DNA of 64,000 nucleotides from Vicugna vicugna (Eukaryota). The translations under genes and the position numbers were made by a program. The notes under the pieces were generated by a model that did not search any database, was not told where the DNA came from, and saw nothing but the letters and a program-made list of their open reading frames with translations. The stretch is taken from contig MU057640.1 in assembly GCA_013265495.1 (NCBI GenBank), forward strand, positions 1,559,303-1,623,302, given 5' to 3'. Below, one piece after another: positions 25,996 through 38,254 of the stretch. The stretch's first letter is position 1; each line of letters opens with the position of its first letter.

Positions 25996-26679
25996 AATAT
26001 GCATGCTAACTTTTGTAGAGAAAGAAAAGGCATACTATGAAGACTGACTTCAATAATCCAAGCTCCTGAAGATAATTAGCTGATAAAATAAAGATCACAT
26101 TCCTCCCTTAAGAGATCAAAAGAATAAGGAAATGTATCTGGCTTCTCATCCCAGACCAAGGAACGGAAAGGAGTCTAGGCCATTCTTTACTTTGAAAAGT
26201 GTCCTCTGAGAAGTCCTTTAAGGGAAACTGATGGACAGGACACAAAGCCTATTCCTGGGGCCATGGTGGTTCTCACTTAATTATGTACTCCCTCAGGCCA
26301 GCAGTGTCCACAGTGAGGTAGGTGTTCCGCTGAATACACAACACATTCCTTGGCCATCAGAACGGAGGTGAGCAGTTAACTGAAGGGGCCTTTCAATCTT
26401 TGGAAGCACTGAAGACAGCCCTCACACCTGACTTTATTCCCAGCGCACAAATGCTAAAACTACGTGTTATTTCTATACAAAAGCTCAATAGCCATGATCA
26501 CAATTTACCTGTGAAGATTTAATTAAAGAATTCCATGTGTGTAAATAAATTCACATCTGGCAGCAAAAGACAGTCCAATTTAAAAAAATGTGAACTTTTT
26601 AAAAAGTAGAATAAACATTTTTAAACCTTAAAAAAAGATAGTCTAATAAATAAAACTCACCTTAATAAAAACCTTCAAA

Positions 26680-26698
26680 CCATACTTCAATTTAAAAA
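26680..26698 (+). mobile_element. Ultra-short L1 3' terminus insertion
   Basis: 'catacttcaatttaaaaa' lies between direct repeats aaaaaccttcaaa (26667-26679 and 26699-26711). Confidence 0.6.
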
Positions 26699-26829
26699 AA
26701 AAACCTTCAAAACCAAATATTAGAAGTTAACAAGCTCTACTTATTCGTAAACAAGTCAGTTCCTCAAATGGAGCGCCTGCCTTGTCCCACTTCCCTAGAT
26801 AAATAGGTGGAATTAAAGAACACTTCTAT

Positions 26830-27260
26830 AGATAAACCCTCTCTGCTGAGGAGAGCCACTCTGGTAAAACAATTTGGGAGTATCTATTACAACGACCCAT
26901 GACCTGACAACTGCCTAGAGAAACATACGCCCACGTACACAGAGCCAAGGGCAAGGATACTCTTTGCAGCCTTAATTGCCATCAGAAACTATTGGAAACA
27001 ACCTCCAAGATCAGCAATAGGAAAACTGCAGAAAGACGACGCCATGTTCCCAGGACTAGTCCACATAACACCAGGCAGCACTTAAAAGGATGAACTGGAC
27101 TGATATCCACCAGCATGGACAGCTCTCCAAAGCATGTTAGTGAATGACAGAAAAGTTACTAATATTCCTTATAACACCAATTACGTAAAGTTTCAAGACA
27201 CAAAAATACAATACTTTTATATTATAAATACCAAAGCAACACAGTGTTTGCCTCTGGAGC
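26830..27260 (+). mobile_element. Old L1 (L1ME-like) relic
   Basis: 'agccactctggtaaaacaatttggg...ttggaaacaacctcc...cagcacttaaaaggatgaactgg'. Confidence 0.6.
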
Positions 27261-28254
27261 CAGCAAGAGGACGCAGGGAGTAAACTTACAAACTCATTTA
27301 TTACTTTTGTTAAAAAATTAATTTTAGAAAACATCCTGCAAGGATGCTACAGGGTTATCAAATGACTCAGCATTACAGAAGAAAGGGAAATGTAGATAGT
27401 ATCTCCACATTCACTGCTAAATTAAAATCTAATAAAATGTAAAAGAAGACAAGCTACCAGGAACAATCAGAACATCACAAATGAAGCTGGGGTTTTATCT
27501 GATCAAGGACAGAAGACTCTGTCAGCTTAAACGGCCACATGAAACTTCAGCTAGTGTAATGAATTATTATTGGTGAGAGCTCACACACATTTTCTTTTTC
27601 CAGGCTAAAAACTTGACAATAACTGAAAGCAGCTCTAACAGAGAAATGTCAAAAATTATGTTAGCATCACTAAATTAAAAGTCATGCTCCCTTTTAACCA
27701 CTAAGAATCCTTTCCCACCAGTGGCCAACACTGATGTGAGAATACAAACATAACTTTTTAATAAAGGTCAGCTTACAGTAACAATAACAAGGAGGGTCCC
27801 TCCCTGTAAAGGACTCTCTGGAAAATCAGGGCCTTACATGGGTACCATTTACCTCCTCTTATTTGTGACCCTGGCAGTGGACCATCAGCCAGGCTCTCTT
27901 TTATAAAACCATCCGTCTACATTCCTCAGGGAAAATAAAGTGGCTCTCAATCCAGGGAGCTGTCTCTCCAATATTATATCTATTTGTAACAGCCACTCAA
28001 GTGAAAAAGAGGGAAGGGAGGGAAGAAGAGAAATAACCAATTCATTGTTGTAATACTACATATAATCAATATAAGATTTACTTTAAATAAAATCAAATGC
28101 ATCTTTCTCATTTTTAGTTACTATAATGCCAAAAGATTTAACAGAAAAAAAACTAACCATAGAAGAGTAAATAACATTCCTAATAATGTTGTTAAATATA
28201 AAAAATAAAAATCAGCAAAGTATGAGCCCAATTTTGCTTTTAAAACATACAGAT

Positions 28255-28557
28255 ACAAATTAACTTATTTACAAAACAGACATAGAAAACAAACTTATGG
28301 TTACCAAAGGGGACAGAGGGGGATAAATTAGGAGTTTGGGATTTGCAGATACTACCTACTATACATAAAGTAGATAAACAACAAGGTCCTGCTATATATC
28401 ACAGGGAATTATATCAATATCTTACAATAACCTGCAATGGAAAAGAATCTCAAAAAGAAAAAAATATGTATAGAACTGAATCACTTTGCTATACACCTAA
28501 AACTAACACAATATTGTAAATTGACTATACTTCAATTTTTTTAAGGTTAAAAAAAAG
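28255..28557 (+). mobile_element. 5'-truncated L1 3' UTR
   Basis: 'acttatttacaaaacagacatagaaaacaaacttatggttaccaaaggg...gactatacttcaat'. Confidence 0.88.
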
Positions 28558-28624
28558 TATATATGATCATGCAGAAGGATTAAAAATGAAAAAAAACCTA
28601 TTAAAATGTTAGCAGTCCTAAAAA

Positions 28625-29115
28625 GCAAATGACCCAGTTTCTTCTACAATAAATTACATGAAAAAAAAAAAAGAGGAAAGGGAAAACGTCACAGATTAAG
28701 AAAGACTTGAAAGAGACAAATGCAATGTGTTTATCAAGCTTGGATCCTGATTCCAACAAACGAATTGTAAAATGACAATTTTGAGACAAAGGAGGAACAT
28801 GAACACAACAGACTTCAGGACAAACTAGAAGTGAGTAATACTGAAGTACTGTCATTAATTTCATTAAGGGTAATGACGTGACAATTTTTTAAGTCATGAT
28901 CTGTTAAAAATACTTACCGAAATATTTGCAGGTTAAATGGCATAATATCTGGGTTGTGCTTCAAACTCAAAAAAAAATTTTTTAACCATAAAAACAGGAA
29001 GAAGATGGATGGAACAAGAAAGAAAAGGTGTAATTGTTGAAGCTCGATTGATGGGTGCATGGGGGCTCACCGTGCTATTCTCTCTACTTTTGTGTATGCT
29101 TGAAAAATCTCACAA
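28625..29115 (+). mobile_element. Old L1 3' UTR (L1MC-like)
   Basis: 'aaatgacccagtttcttc...gattaagaaagacttgaaagagac...ttggatcctgattccaacaaac...tattctctctacttttgtgtatgcttgaaaa'. Confidence 0.75.
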
Positions 29116-31959
29116 ACAAACAGTGGAAATGCCAGCAGGGACAATTCTCCCTGGGTGGTAGAGACTGAGTGATCTGGTGAGAATTGGGTGATTTTTTTTA
29201 CTTTATCGTATGTGCCTTTTAGGAACATTCAGATTTTACACAATATGAATTACTTTAGTTACTTAAAGAAACAAATGTTAGTCTTTTAGAAGGTGGATAG
29301 GTCTTTCAATGCCCAGTTCCAATGATACCAACTCCATGGATTTATTTCTCCCTCTACAGACACCTCAATGCATTTTACTGTACTTCCACCAAAGGCCTAC
29401 TTACAATTTTTAATTATGTTTTATCTCCCTCGCTAGAAAAAACAATTTCCTTTTTGTATTTCTATCCTTGACAACACTAAGCAAAAAGCTCTCTCTTTAT
29501 AATAGGCATTAAATAGCTACATACTTAATTGAATTAACTTTTCCACTAATAAATCCAGGGGTTAAAAACTAGTGACAACAGCAGTAGAATATTTTACTTC
29601 TTGTAATTACAAAAGTTTTAAGGCTAGAACATGCCCAGAGGGCCTTATACCCATCAAATGTTACCTAGTCAATTTCTTAAACCATTTATTTTCCAATTGA
29701 CTGGGGTGGGGGGTGGGGATCACTCAGTAGCATAATGGCTCAGTTACTGATTAAGCTAAAGACTTTTTTTTTTTTTAATGATTCCTGGGGTGGGTGGGGA
29801 ATCAAAATCTATTAGTTCCTGAACAATCATTCACTATTTAACCTACTGGAGACTCCTCCAGAGTATCGATCAGTCCATTTTCATTAAGGAAACCAATATG
29901 GGAAGAACACAGAGCTAGCCATGAGCTAAGACACCCGAGGGTTCAAGCACATCTCCTGCCCTGAAAAGGCTGGTGTTGTCTGGAAGGGCTGCACACGCAC
30001 TCCTCTGGTATGTTCTTACTCACAGACTCACTAGAGACTTCGGCATGTTTTGTGCTGATGTGAGCAGTAGCTTTCCTCAAGCCTAGGGCCTTGCCTTTAA
30101 AAGTCATTTCCAAAAAGACACAATTAAGCCCTCCTCCCACGAGGAGGAGCACCAAAACCCCCAAAACAGGGAAAACTGGATATCCCAACACGTACGACAT
30201 CACTCACCATATGACCTGAATTTGTACGCATGACTTTGATGAAAGCCATTCAAATACTAGCGAAGACACTTACACCTTGCTTTTCTGTCTAAAGTATTTT
30301 GAGGTATTGACAAACATTAAAACAAAGCCCAGGTTTTAAAGTAAAACCCCAACTCCTAAGAGTTTCCCAAGCCCTTTGAGAAACATGAGTGTAGCATGAA
30401 AAACTGGCAGGTGCAAGCTCTCCCCAAGTTCCATCTCTCACTCCACCCGGTGTGTGATCTGTTCCCAAAGCCAGGTCTTCAAAAATGCTTTCGCCCACCC
30501 AGCATTTTCCGGCAGGTAGGCGAGGTGTGGGCGGGGCTGAGCTCTGCACAATTCCCACCCTGGCCTCCACCTACATTCCTACATAGTTCCTGTTCTTGCT
30601 TCTCTATTTTCTGATCCCTTACTTTAGACTTTTGTTCCCATCTACTCCTATTAGCAAATTTTAAATGTTTCAGACATTCAAGAAAGTGGGTAACATGGTA
30701 ACATTATAAAGGATCATATCCACACAAATCCAGGGCCCCTAAAATATGAGCAGGTACTAAGAAATAAGACACTCCCCCAAAGATAACTTATTCCTATTCC
30801 CATTTGTTCTGCTTGTCACTAGAATGAGTAGTGACCTCCAGGCATGCCAAATTCAGGTCACATTAGTCATGGCCAAAGATAAAAGGAAAACTGTGCAATC
30901 ATCCCTTTGCTACTCTAAATTTTCAATATTTTCATATTACACTGGAGTCAATCTTTAGTTAATAAAATTCTATGTAGTATTTATCTGAAAAAGCCACCTC
31001 CCTTTGGTACCCTCAGTGCCACTGTGAAACTCCAATTTATGTTGACCCAGAGATTCTAGCAAGTCTACTCAAGGGTAAACATCTGAGCTCTTTTCTTCTT
31101 AGAGTTAACATATTCAAACTCCTATCATTAGTTAATCTACTGTCTTTGTCACTGGACTAGGTGTAAAGAGGAAACTGTACTCGATATGATCAGCTCTCCT
31201 CATGATTTAAGAAAGGCATAATTTGTTAGAATAATGAGAAAAGAGATTCGGTACATCAGTGGATACAAGGGGTCAGGCCACAGTTCTACAGGATGGACAG
31301 CCAGGGAAGAAATGTCTTCCAAGCTTCCATTTTTTAACTGATTTCTGAATCTGCTATAGACATTCTATTGCCTGGATGACGGATGTCAGCTTCCTGTTAC
31401 CACTCCATATAACACCAAGAGAAGTCTAGGAGAGTGCTCCAACATGCTTTTTTTCTTTCCTTTTCTTTATTTTTTTTCCACACTTACTAAATGGTTGGGA
31501 CTTCCCATAAAACAACAAAAAAGGACGTCTTTACTTTTGTGTATTATACCAGCAAACTAATAGTCTAAGTAAATACAACCAGTATTATTCTTTTTCACTT
31601 TATTTCCAAGAAAAGAAAGAAGTGGAGAGCTTTTTTAAAAATTTCCTCACTCTTCCATGAAAAGCAGAAGCCTGGAATGCTATAAGCCAAACTGGAGAGA
31701 AAATTTAAGTAATACCTCACCTAGCTATGAGTACACAATTGTCTTTACAAGGAAAGGAAAGATCCAAAGAAAAATATACTTGAGAAAATTATTCAAATGT
31801 TTCAATGCATAAAGCACATCATTTAGTCAGAGATCATTTTCAATTAACATCACTCTGTTTCCTGTTGGGTGCTTAAAAAGAATATAGCAATTTTTAAAAT
31901 TTTTAAAGGAAGAAATAAAGTATGCTTTCTCAATTCAATTATATATATATACATATATA

Positions 31960-32080
31960 TTTTTTAAAGGGGGAGAGGTAATTACATTTACTTATTTAGT
32001 TTTAGAGGAGGTACTGGGGATTGAAACCAGGACTTTGTGTATGGTAAGCATGTGCTCTACCACTTGAGCTATACCCTCCC
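31960..32080 (-). mobile_element. tRNA-derived SINE (Vic-1-like)
   Basis: Reverse complement of gggagggtatagctcaagtggtagagcacatgc...gggtttcaatccccagtacctcc (A/B boxes), plus an AT-rich tail. Confidence 0.88.
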
Positions 32081-34559
32081 ACCACCTCAATTTTATGTTC
32101 TACAACAACACTACTAAAACATAAATAAATTTAAAAAGTATAAGAATGATGGACTTAATAAGATACACACAGGACTGCATACAAAATACAAAATTTTGTG
32201 GGTTGGGGTTTTTTTGCGGGGGGTTGTGGTATTTTTCGACTTTTGTTTTCTTTTGGAGGAAGGAAATTGCTTTGGATATACCTTAAGTAGAGAGCGAGCA
32301 GCTAGGAGAAAAGCATCCATTTAGAAAGCCAAGAAGGAGTCACGGCAGCAGCAGAGCTGGAGGACCGTTCAATCACAGCTCCCTCCTCTGCTGTCCCGGT
32401 CGACCTAGGATGTATGAATGCTAAGACTCTCCCACACCATCTAACAGGTGTACCAGCACCATCAGATGTCACCGCCATTAAAAGAAGTGATCTAAGTGCC
32501 CAGGGGTCCAGGCTGTTAAACTAAACAACACAATTCAGAAGACAAGGTGTAGCTGCTACAACATAAAAGCCACACAAGCTTGGCCCCACAGTAACCCTGA
32601 AACTCAGGGCTTCTGCTAAGAACTGTCCTATTCACGTGTATCAACCAGGAGCTGATTCTCATTTAAGCATGCTTAAAATACTGTAAGACATACAGGGACT
32701 GCACTGAAGGTGCACATGTCAATAGCATACAGGTACTGAGGAGGAAAAAAAAGTGAATCTTGTAAAACAAATTCCAAGATCGAGGTAAAAACCACAGACA
32801 CTCGATAACAGGCACTGATTTTTCGTCCTCTGCAAGGTAGCTGAGCCACAGCTACCTATCCGGAGCGCTCCTGCAGGCCGCCTGCCTCACCACTCACCCA
32901 TTCTTGATGGTTCCAAAGACACTACATTCTAAGAGGTAGTTTCTCAGTTGTGTTGTTAATAAAAAAACCTAGGCTCTTCAAATGGCTAAAATTACAGAGA
33001 TAAAAATCTTTCTTGGATTCTACCTCTTTTGAAGAATGACTCTGAGAATGGATAAATCAACTGCTAACAGGAAAGTGTCCTAATGTACTTTTTAAAAACA
33101 TTTTCAGAGATAATCACTCCCCAATTTCTCTTACTGAAATTCAAGGAAGGTCAGAAATAGCAAGCCACTTTGAAATCAGTGCTCCAATTACCCAGTGGGC
33201 TTCTGAAAAGAAGCCCTCAGCTCTGCACAAAGGTTTACAGAGGTGAGATGCTCAGATAACCTTGACTGTCCTTTGTGGGATGCTCTTCACTCCAGAAGAG
33301 CTGACTCCTCAGGCAATTTGCTTCTGCTTCTCACAAAGCAGCAGATAAGAAAAATCCCCATCGCTTTGTCTCAGCATCTGGCTGAGAGGAAGGTTAAGTA
33401 CAAAGTAACAGAACCAAAGAAACCGACGTAATCCCGAACTACTTGTTTAACTGAATTTAGGAGCTCATTAACATTACAGCATTTTCATCCTGTAGAAAAG
33501 TCTCTTTCTATCAAATCAAGCTGTTATTTTTCTCAATGAGAATGTCCTTTTACAACTGAGTAAAAAAATGTTTGAGGAACGTCCACTAAAACACTAGGAT
33601 AGGCCCAGGACAGAACTGGGTCTCCACCTAGCAGTAACCAAGTGCAATCACTCTTAATCAATGGCAGGTGTCAATCAAACGGATCAGCCAGCCATCTCTC
33701 AACTTCTCAGGATAAGCAGGGTATTCCAAACTATGTATTAATGCATCTGGGGTAACAAGATTCTTATTTAGAACATGGATTGAGGTACAATCTAAAATGT
33801 GAAGAAACACAGAGAAGATTTTCTGAGCAATTACTATGAAACGACACGTATGTAACAAAAACATTATTATTATTAACTTAAGTTGCCAGAAAAATATCTG
33901 AACTATTTAATTTATGAAGATGAAAAGAGAATTCAGAAATCAATGACTAAAAACTGCATAGGAGTCTCCTCTTGTCTCTATTTCTGCCTCTCAGCAGTAA
34001 AACAACCAAGGAGGAAAAACCAGTGGGGGAAAATACAGAATCCACATTTGCTAAATCAAAATCCTGCTATGAGCAGCAGGCCTTCTCAGAACGAAGAACA
34101 CGTGGGTGGCACTCCCTTCTCCCACCGCGACTTTGTGACTCATCTACCAACTCACCTGATTCCACTTCCCAGCTAGCAGTAAATCTGGCTTCCGAGTCCA
34201 ACGTGAGGTATTCTCTCAAAACCTAGAGGAGAATAATTAGAAACTTTAGGTTATTTTACAGTTATCTTCAAATTCTGAAAAACATAAACTGTACCTCATA
34301 GTAATAAGGTGGGGGGGGGGAATTACAGCTCCCAAACCATAACTGTGAAATGTTATACTTCCCCCTAAAACCCTGTTCAATGTGTAATCTCTTTATGTGC
34401 AGTTCAACACACATTTAAATTTAAGCCAACCAACAGCCACTCCCACTTAAAAAGCAAATTCTTTTGGTGGAGGGGGGATAATTTGATTGATTGCTTGGAT
34501 GATTTTAAATGGAGGTGCTGGGGAACAAATTCATAAACCTGGCTATTGAGTCTCCAGGC

Positions 34560-34699
34560 AGACTGCTGATCCGTGGCCTCGCCCCACACAATCTGATCAG
34601 TAAGTCTAGGAGATGCTAAGGAACCCGTGTGAGTAAGAAGCAACCCCTAGAAGGTGATTTTGATGCAGCTGGTCCATCACCTGCCTGTGGGAACCACTG
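34560..34699. mobile_element. MER5-like hAT-Charlie relic
   Basis: 'aatctgatcagtaagtctagg...aggtgattttgatgcagctggtcc...tgggaaccactg' terminus. Confidence 0.6.
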
Positions 34700-34707
34700 C
34701 TCCAAAC

Positions 34708-34898
34708 CAGTGGTTCTCAACAGGAGGCAATTCTGTACCCTGGGGACATTTCTGGTTGTCACAACAGAGGAAGAGGGTATACTACTGACACTTAATGGGC
34801 AGAGGCCAGGGATGCTGCTAACCATCCTGCAAGGCACAGCACAGCGCAAAGAATCATCCAGCCCACAGCGTCAGCAGTGGTGGGAGTGAGAAAGCCTG
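34708..34898 (+). mobile_element. MER20 hAT-Charlie DNA transposon
   Basis: Begins cagtggttctcaac, contains 'gacatttctggttgtcacaac...gaggccagggatgctgctaaccatcct', ends gagaaagcctg. 8-bp TSD ctccaaac / ctccaagg. Confidence 0.88.
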
Positions 34899-35143
34899 CT
34901 CCAAGGCAACCGAACATTCTGATGACGGAGAAATCCGACGATTCCCACACTGGTCATTCCAGATAGGTCCTAAACCCTGCTCCAGTCACACATTTCCTGT
35001 GACTGCAGACTTATTATTAGTTGAATGAATACACATACAGGCCCAACATTAAAATCTACAGTACATGTACTTGTTTCTAAAAATATTAAAATAAGTCAGA
35101 TTATACTTGTCCAAAAGAGCTTCCAAGAAACCAATTTTTTTAA

Positions 35144-35266
35144 TAATAGTACTTCACTGTTTTTTAAAAACAAAATTTTAATGGCAGTACTGGGGATAGA
35201 GTCCAGGACCTCGTGCAGGCTAAGCACGAGCTCTACCACTGAGCTATACCCCCATCCCCACCCCCG
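35144..35266 (-). mobile_element. tRNA-derived SINE (Vic-1-like)
   Basis: 'cagtactggggatagagtccaggacctcgtgcaggctaagcacgagctctaccactgagctatacccc'. Clear TSD ccaagaaaccaattttt (35123-35139 / 35267-35283). Confidence 0.92.
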
Positions 35267-35553
35267 CCAAGAAACCAATTTTTTAATGTTTGCTGAGGTG
35301 AAACCCTATTTCAAACTGGGCTAATTCCCAAACCCTGTTCCCAAACATAAAAAATGGAAGCTAAGAAGAGGAACAAGAATCAGAACCTAGTTTCACTTAC
35401 AAATATTCCCACTTCCTGGTGAGACAAGAGGGAAAGCCCTCATCCCATCCTGTCACCTTGGACATTAGGCTCCCGTCTTTCATTCAGCCAAATATAAAGA
35501 TATTTCAAAACTTACGTTAACTGCATTCGAAATGAGACCCATAGAGGGCTTAC

Positions 35554-35664
35554 CATGTCCTGCACCGTGATCTTACACAATATAGCAGAACAGAGCTTCA
35601 GAAGACCCCGCGACAGGTCTTTCCTACCCTATCATAATCAAACAGTAGAAACAGCAGACAAAAG
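35554..35664 (-). other. Candidate cryptic or 5'-UTR exon ending in ATG
   Basis: Minus strand: acceptor atttcttttcccgcag|, donor gacATG|gtaagc. Motif evidence only. Confidence 0.25.
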
Positions 35665-37671
35665 CTGCGGGAAAAGAAATCTGTAAAAGATATTCTGAGC
35701 ATCAGATACTCCAGATGATAAAACTTGCATTTTTTACATGACTGGTCTACAAATTGCACCCACAGAATGGATAAAGAAGCCTGTAACATTCCAAATATAC
35801 ACTCTGTTTTGTTAATCTTAATGCATAAGCTATCATCAGCTAATTACATAAACAAAACATACCAGCTGATTTGCACTAGTAATCTACCTAGGTACATGAA
35901 CAAACATGCACATTTTAAACCCAAGTGAAAGGATATGATTTGTAAACACACTTAGACTCCATAGAATCACTGCATTCCACTGGACAACATTTCCATGACA
36001 TGGCATATGGGCTTATGTTCTAATTATAGTCTGGTTTCCTCCTCTGAATCCCCAGTGCTATAAAGGAACTACGCATAGCAAACTGACCCCCAGTCACCCA
36101 AGGCAGCAAGCACCTGGATGGTGGGTGGGCAGAAGGTGTTTCCATTTCAAAGCACCAGTGGGTTTAGGAGTCCAGGAAGAATCTGTGGCAGAGGCAGGAT
36201 TCCAATCTGGAGCTCCCCACCAGGCTTGGGGACCTCTGCACAAGCCAGATGGTCAGGATGCTTTGCTGAATGACGTTTTTCCAAAGGCAGGGCTACCATA
36301 CATTCTAGATTCAAGATGCCTGTGAACTCAGTGTAGAGCTCATCACATCTCCACTACGGAAAAGACAATTGCGAAAGGCAGCCTCTGACAAAAGCAGAAA
36401 AATAATGACAAAGATAAAATTCTTAATATCCATCAATGGCTCTGGCTTCAGGAAGCCAAGTAATTTGGGAGACCTCCTTTGTTTCTCCAAAGGAAGAAAG
36501 GAAAACCCAAAAATGAATAGGAACATTCAGAAATATTAGCACACAATATGAAATGCAAGCCCTACCTTCATTTTTCTAGATTTAAATCGGCTTTCAAATA
36601 AAAATTCATAATTAAATTTCAAAACATAAACAATTCTTTTTTCTCTCTCAGCAGTAAAATATATTCCATTCCAAAAAAGAAAGCTTGCTCAATTTCCTGT
36701 CAAAAGCAATCCAGAGAAGGCCACCTACACTGTAAAAGCAGCAAGGAAAAAACACACACACACACACACAAAAAAAACCAAAAGCTGAAAAAAAGCCTGT
36801 ACGTGTGGGAGTGTTCTAAGTGCAATGTAACTACCACTGTGGGTTTTAAAAGCGTTTCTCCCTTGATCATTCTGAGAAATAGGAAAATCAGTGTAACTGC
36901 TACAGAGAAGTCTGTCCTCCAACCTACGTAAGGAGAACAAGCCCTGTGATGGATTTCAGTTCCCCCAAAGACAGAAAAGTGCCAAGGGACAATTCAAGGC
37001 CTTAACCTGTGATTTTTCTTTTGTACTAAAGCAAATTCTACCAAATAGACCACTTACGTGTAATGTTTTCAGAGACAGAAGGCTCCTCTGACAATCAATC
37101 CCTTCCCCACAGCACAGCACACCACCCCCAATCCCAAACGACACAAATTTCTAGATTAGGGCCAGTTTGGTCCTCATAGGCTCCATTCTACACCTTTGGG
37201 GGCTAACCAGTCACACACACAAACGTGAGATGAGTAGATCACAGATGAGGGCAGCATGGAATTCACCATTCTGTCTATCAGATTCCCCTTTCCCTGCGCC
37301 TACTTCCTGAAAACCCTAAATTCTGAGACAGCAATCGACCAGCCCAACACTTGTTACTAAAAGCCTACTGAAACGTGCTCAGTGCTAAAGCAGAGTACAG
37401 CAGGGGGAGAAAAAGACAGGAAGCTTAAACAGCTCACCAGAGAATTGAGGAGAAAAGAATAGCACACACGAAGTCAGTTAAAATTAAATCCAGTATTATC
37501 ACTGAATGGTAACATGGTAAAGTGCCCTATTTCTGTAAATCATACTTCCCTCGAAAGGAGGCTGTCACAAAAGCAAACATAAGTGGAGAGAAATAAATAA
37601 TGGGCAAGGAAAAGGATATAATAATATGATGGTAAATATTTTAAAACCAGCATACCAGAAGACAAATCAAG

Positions 37672-37837
37672 GGGGGAGGGTATAGTTCAGTGTTAAGAGC
37701 ACATGCTCAGCATGCACAAGGTCGTGGTTCAATCCCCAGCACCCCCATTAAAAATAAATAAATAAATCGAATTGCCTCCGCCTAAAATTAAATTGAATTA
37801 ACGGTATTAAAATAAATGTTCTGAATTTAAAAAAAAA
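37672..37837 (+). mobile_element. tRNA-derived SINE (Vic-1-like) with extended tail
   Basis: ggggagggtatagttcagtg...ggttcaatccccagcacc. TSD aagacaaatcaag (37659-37671) / aagctaaatcaag (37838-37850). Confidence 0.9.
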
Positions 37838-37863
37838 AAGCTAAATCAAGATATAACATGAGG

Positions 37864-37984
37864 CAGGGTGGAGGGTATAGCTCAGTGGTAGAGCGCATGC
37901 TTATCATGCACAGGGTCCTGGGTTCAATCCCCAGCACCTCCATTAAAGAAATAAACCTAATTACCTCCCCCACCACCAAAAAAA
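37864..37984 (+). mobile_element. tRNA-derived SINE (Vic-1-like)
   Basis: ggagggtatagctcagtggtagagcgcatgc...gggttcaatccccagcacctcc. TSD aagatataacatgagg (37848-37863) / aagatgtaacaggaag (37985-38000). Confidence 0.92.
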
Positions 37985-38254
37985 AAGATGTAACAGGAAG
38001 ATGCATGGGAAGGGCAGTTTCCAGACAAAACAGCCCAGGAAAGCAAACCCCTTAAACCTCACAAATGATTTGTCTGATAAGCTAACAATTTTGGAAAAAA
38101 ATCAACTCACAGGAGGAGTCTCTTTTGTTTTGTTTAAAAATCTCAGGCCAGACCATCCAAAACAGTTGCAAGACTACAACAAATAACTTTATTTCCCTGA
38201 ACTGCCTGAGAGTAAGGAGCCAATCTGATGGCCTATCACCCCTACAGAGTCCGG

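Noticed and set aside
29702..29800. G-quadruplex-like G-runs
   Set aside because: Short G-tracts are common here (also in SINE and L1 ends) and have no supporting context.
37864..37945. tRNA gene (A/B boxes, tRNA-Ala-like) here and at similar loci
   Set aside because: Each copy is diverged, has a SINE tail and usually a TSD; these are tRNA-derived SINEs.
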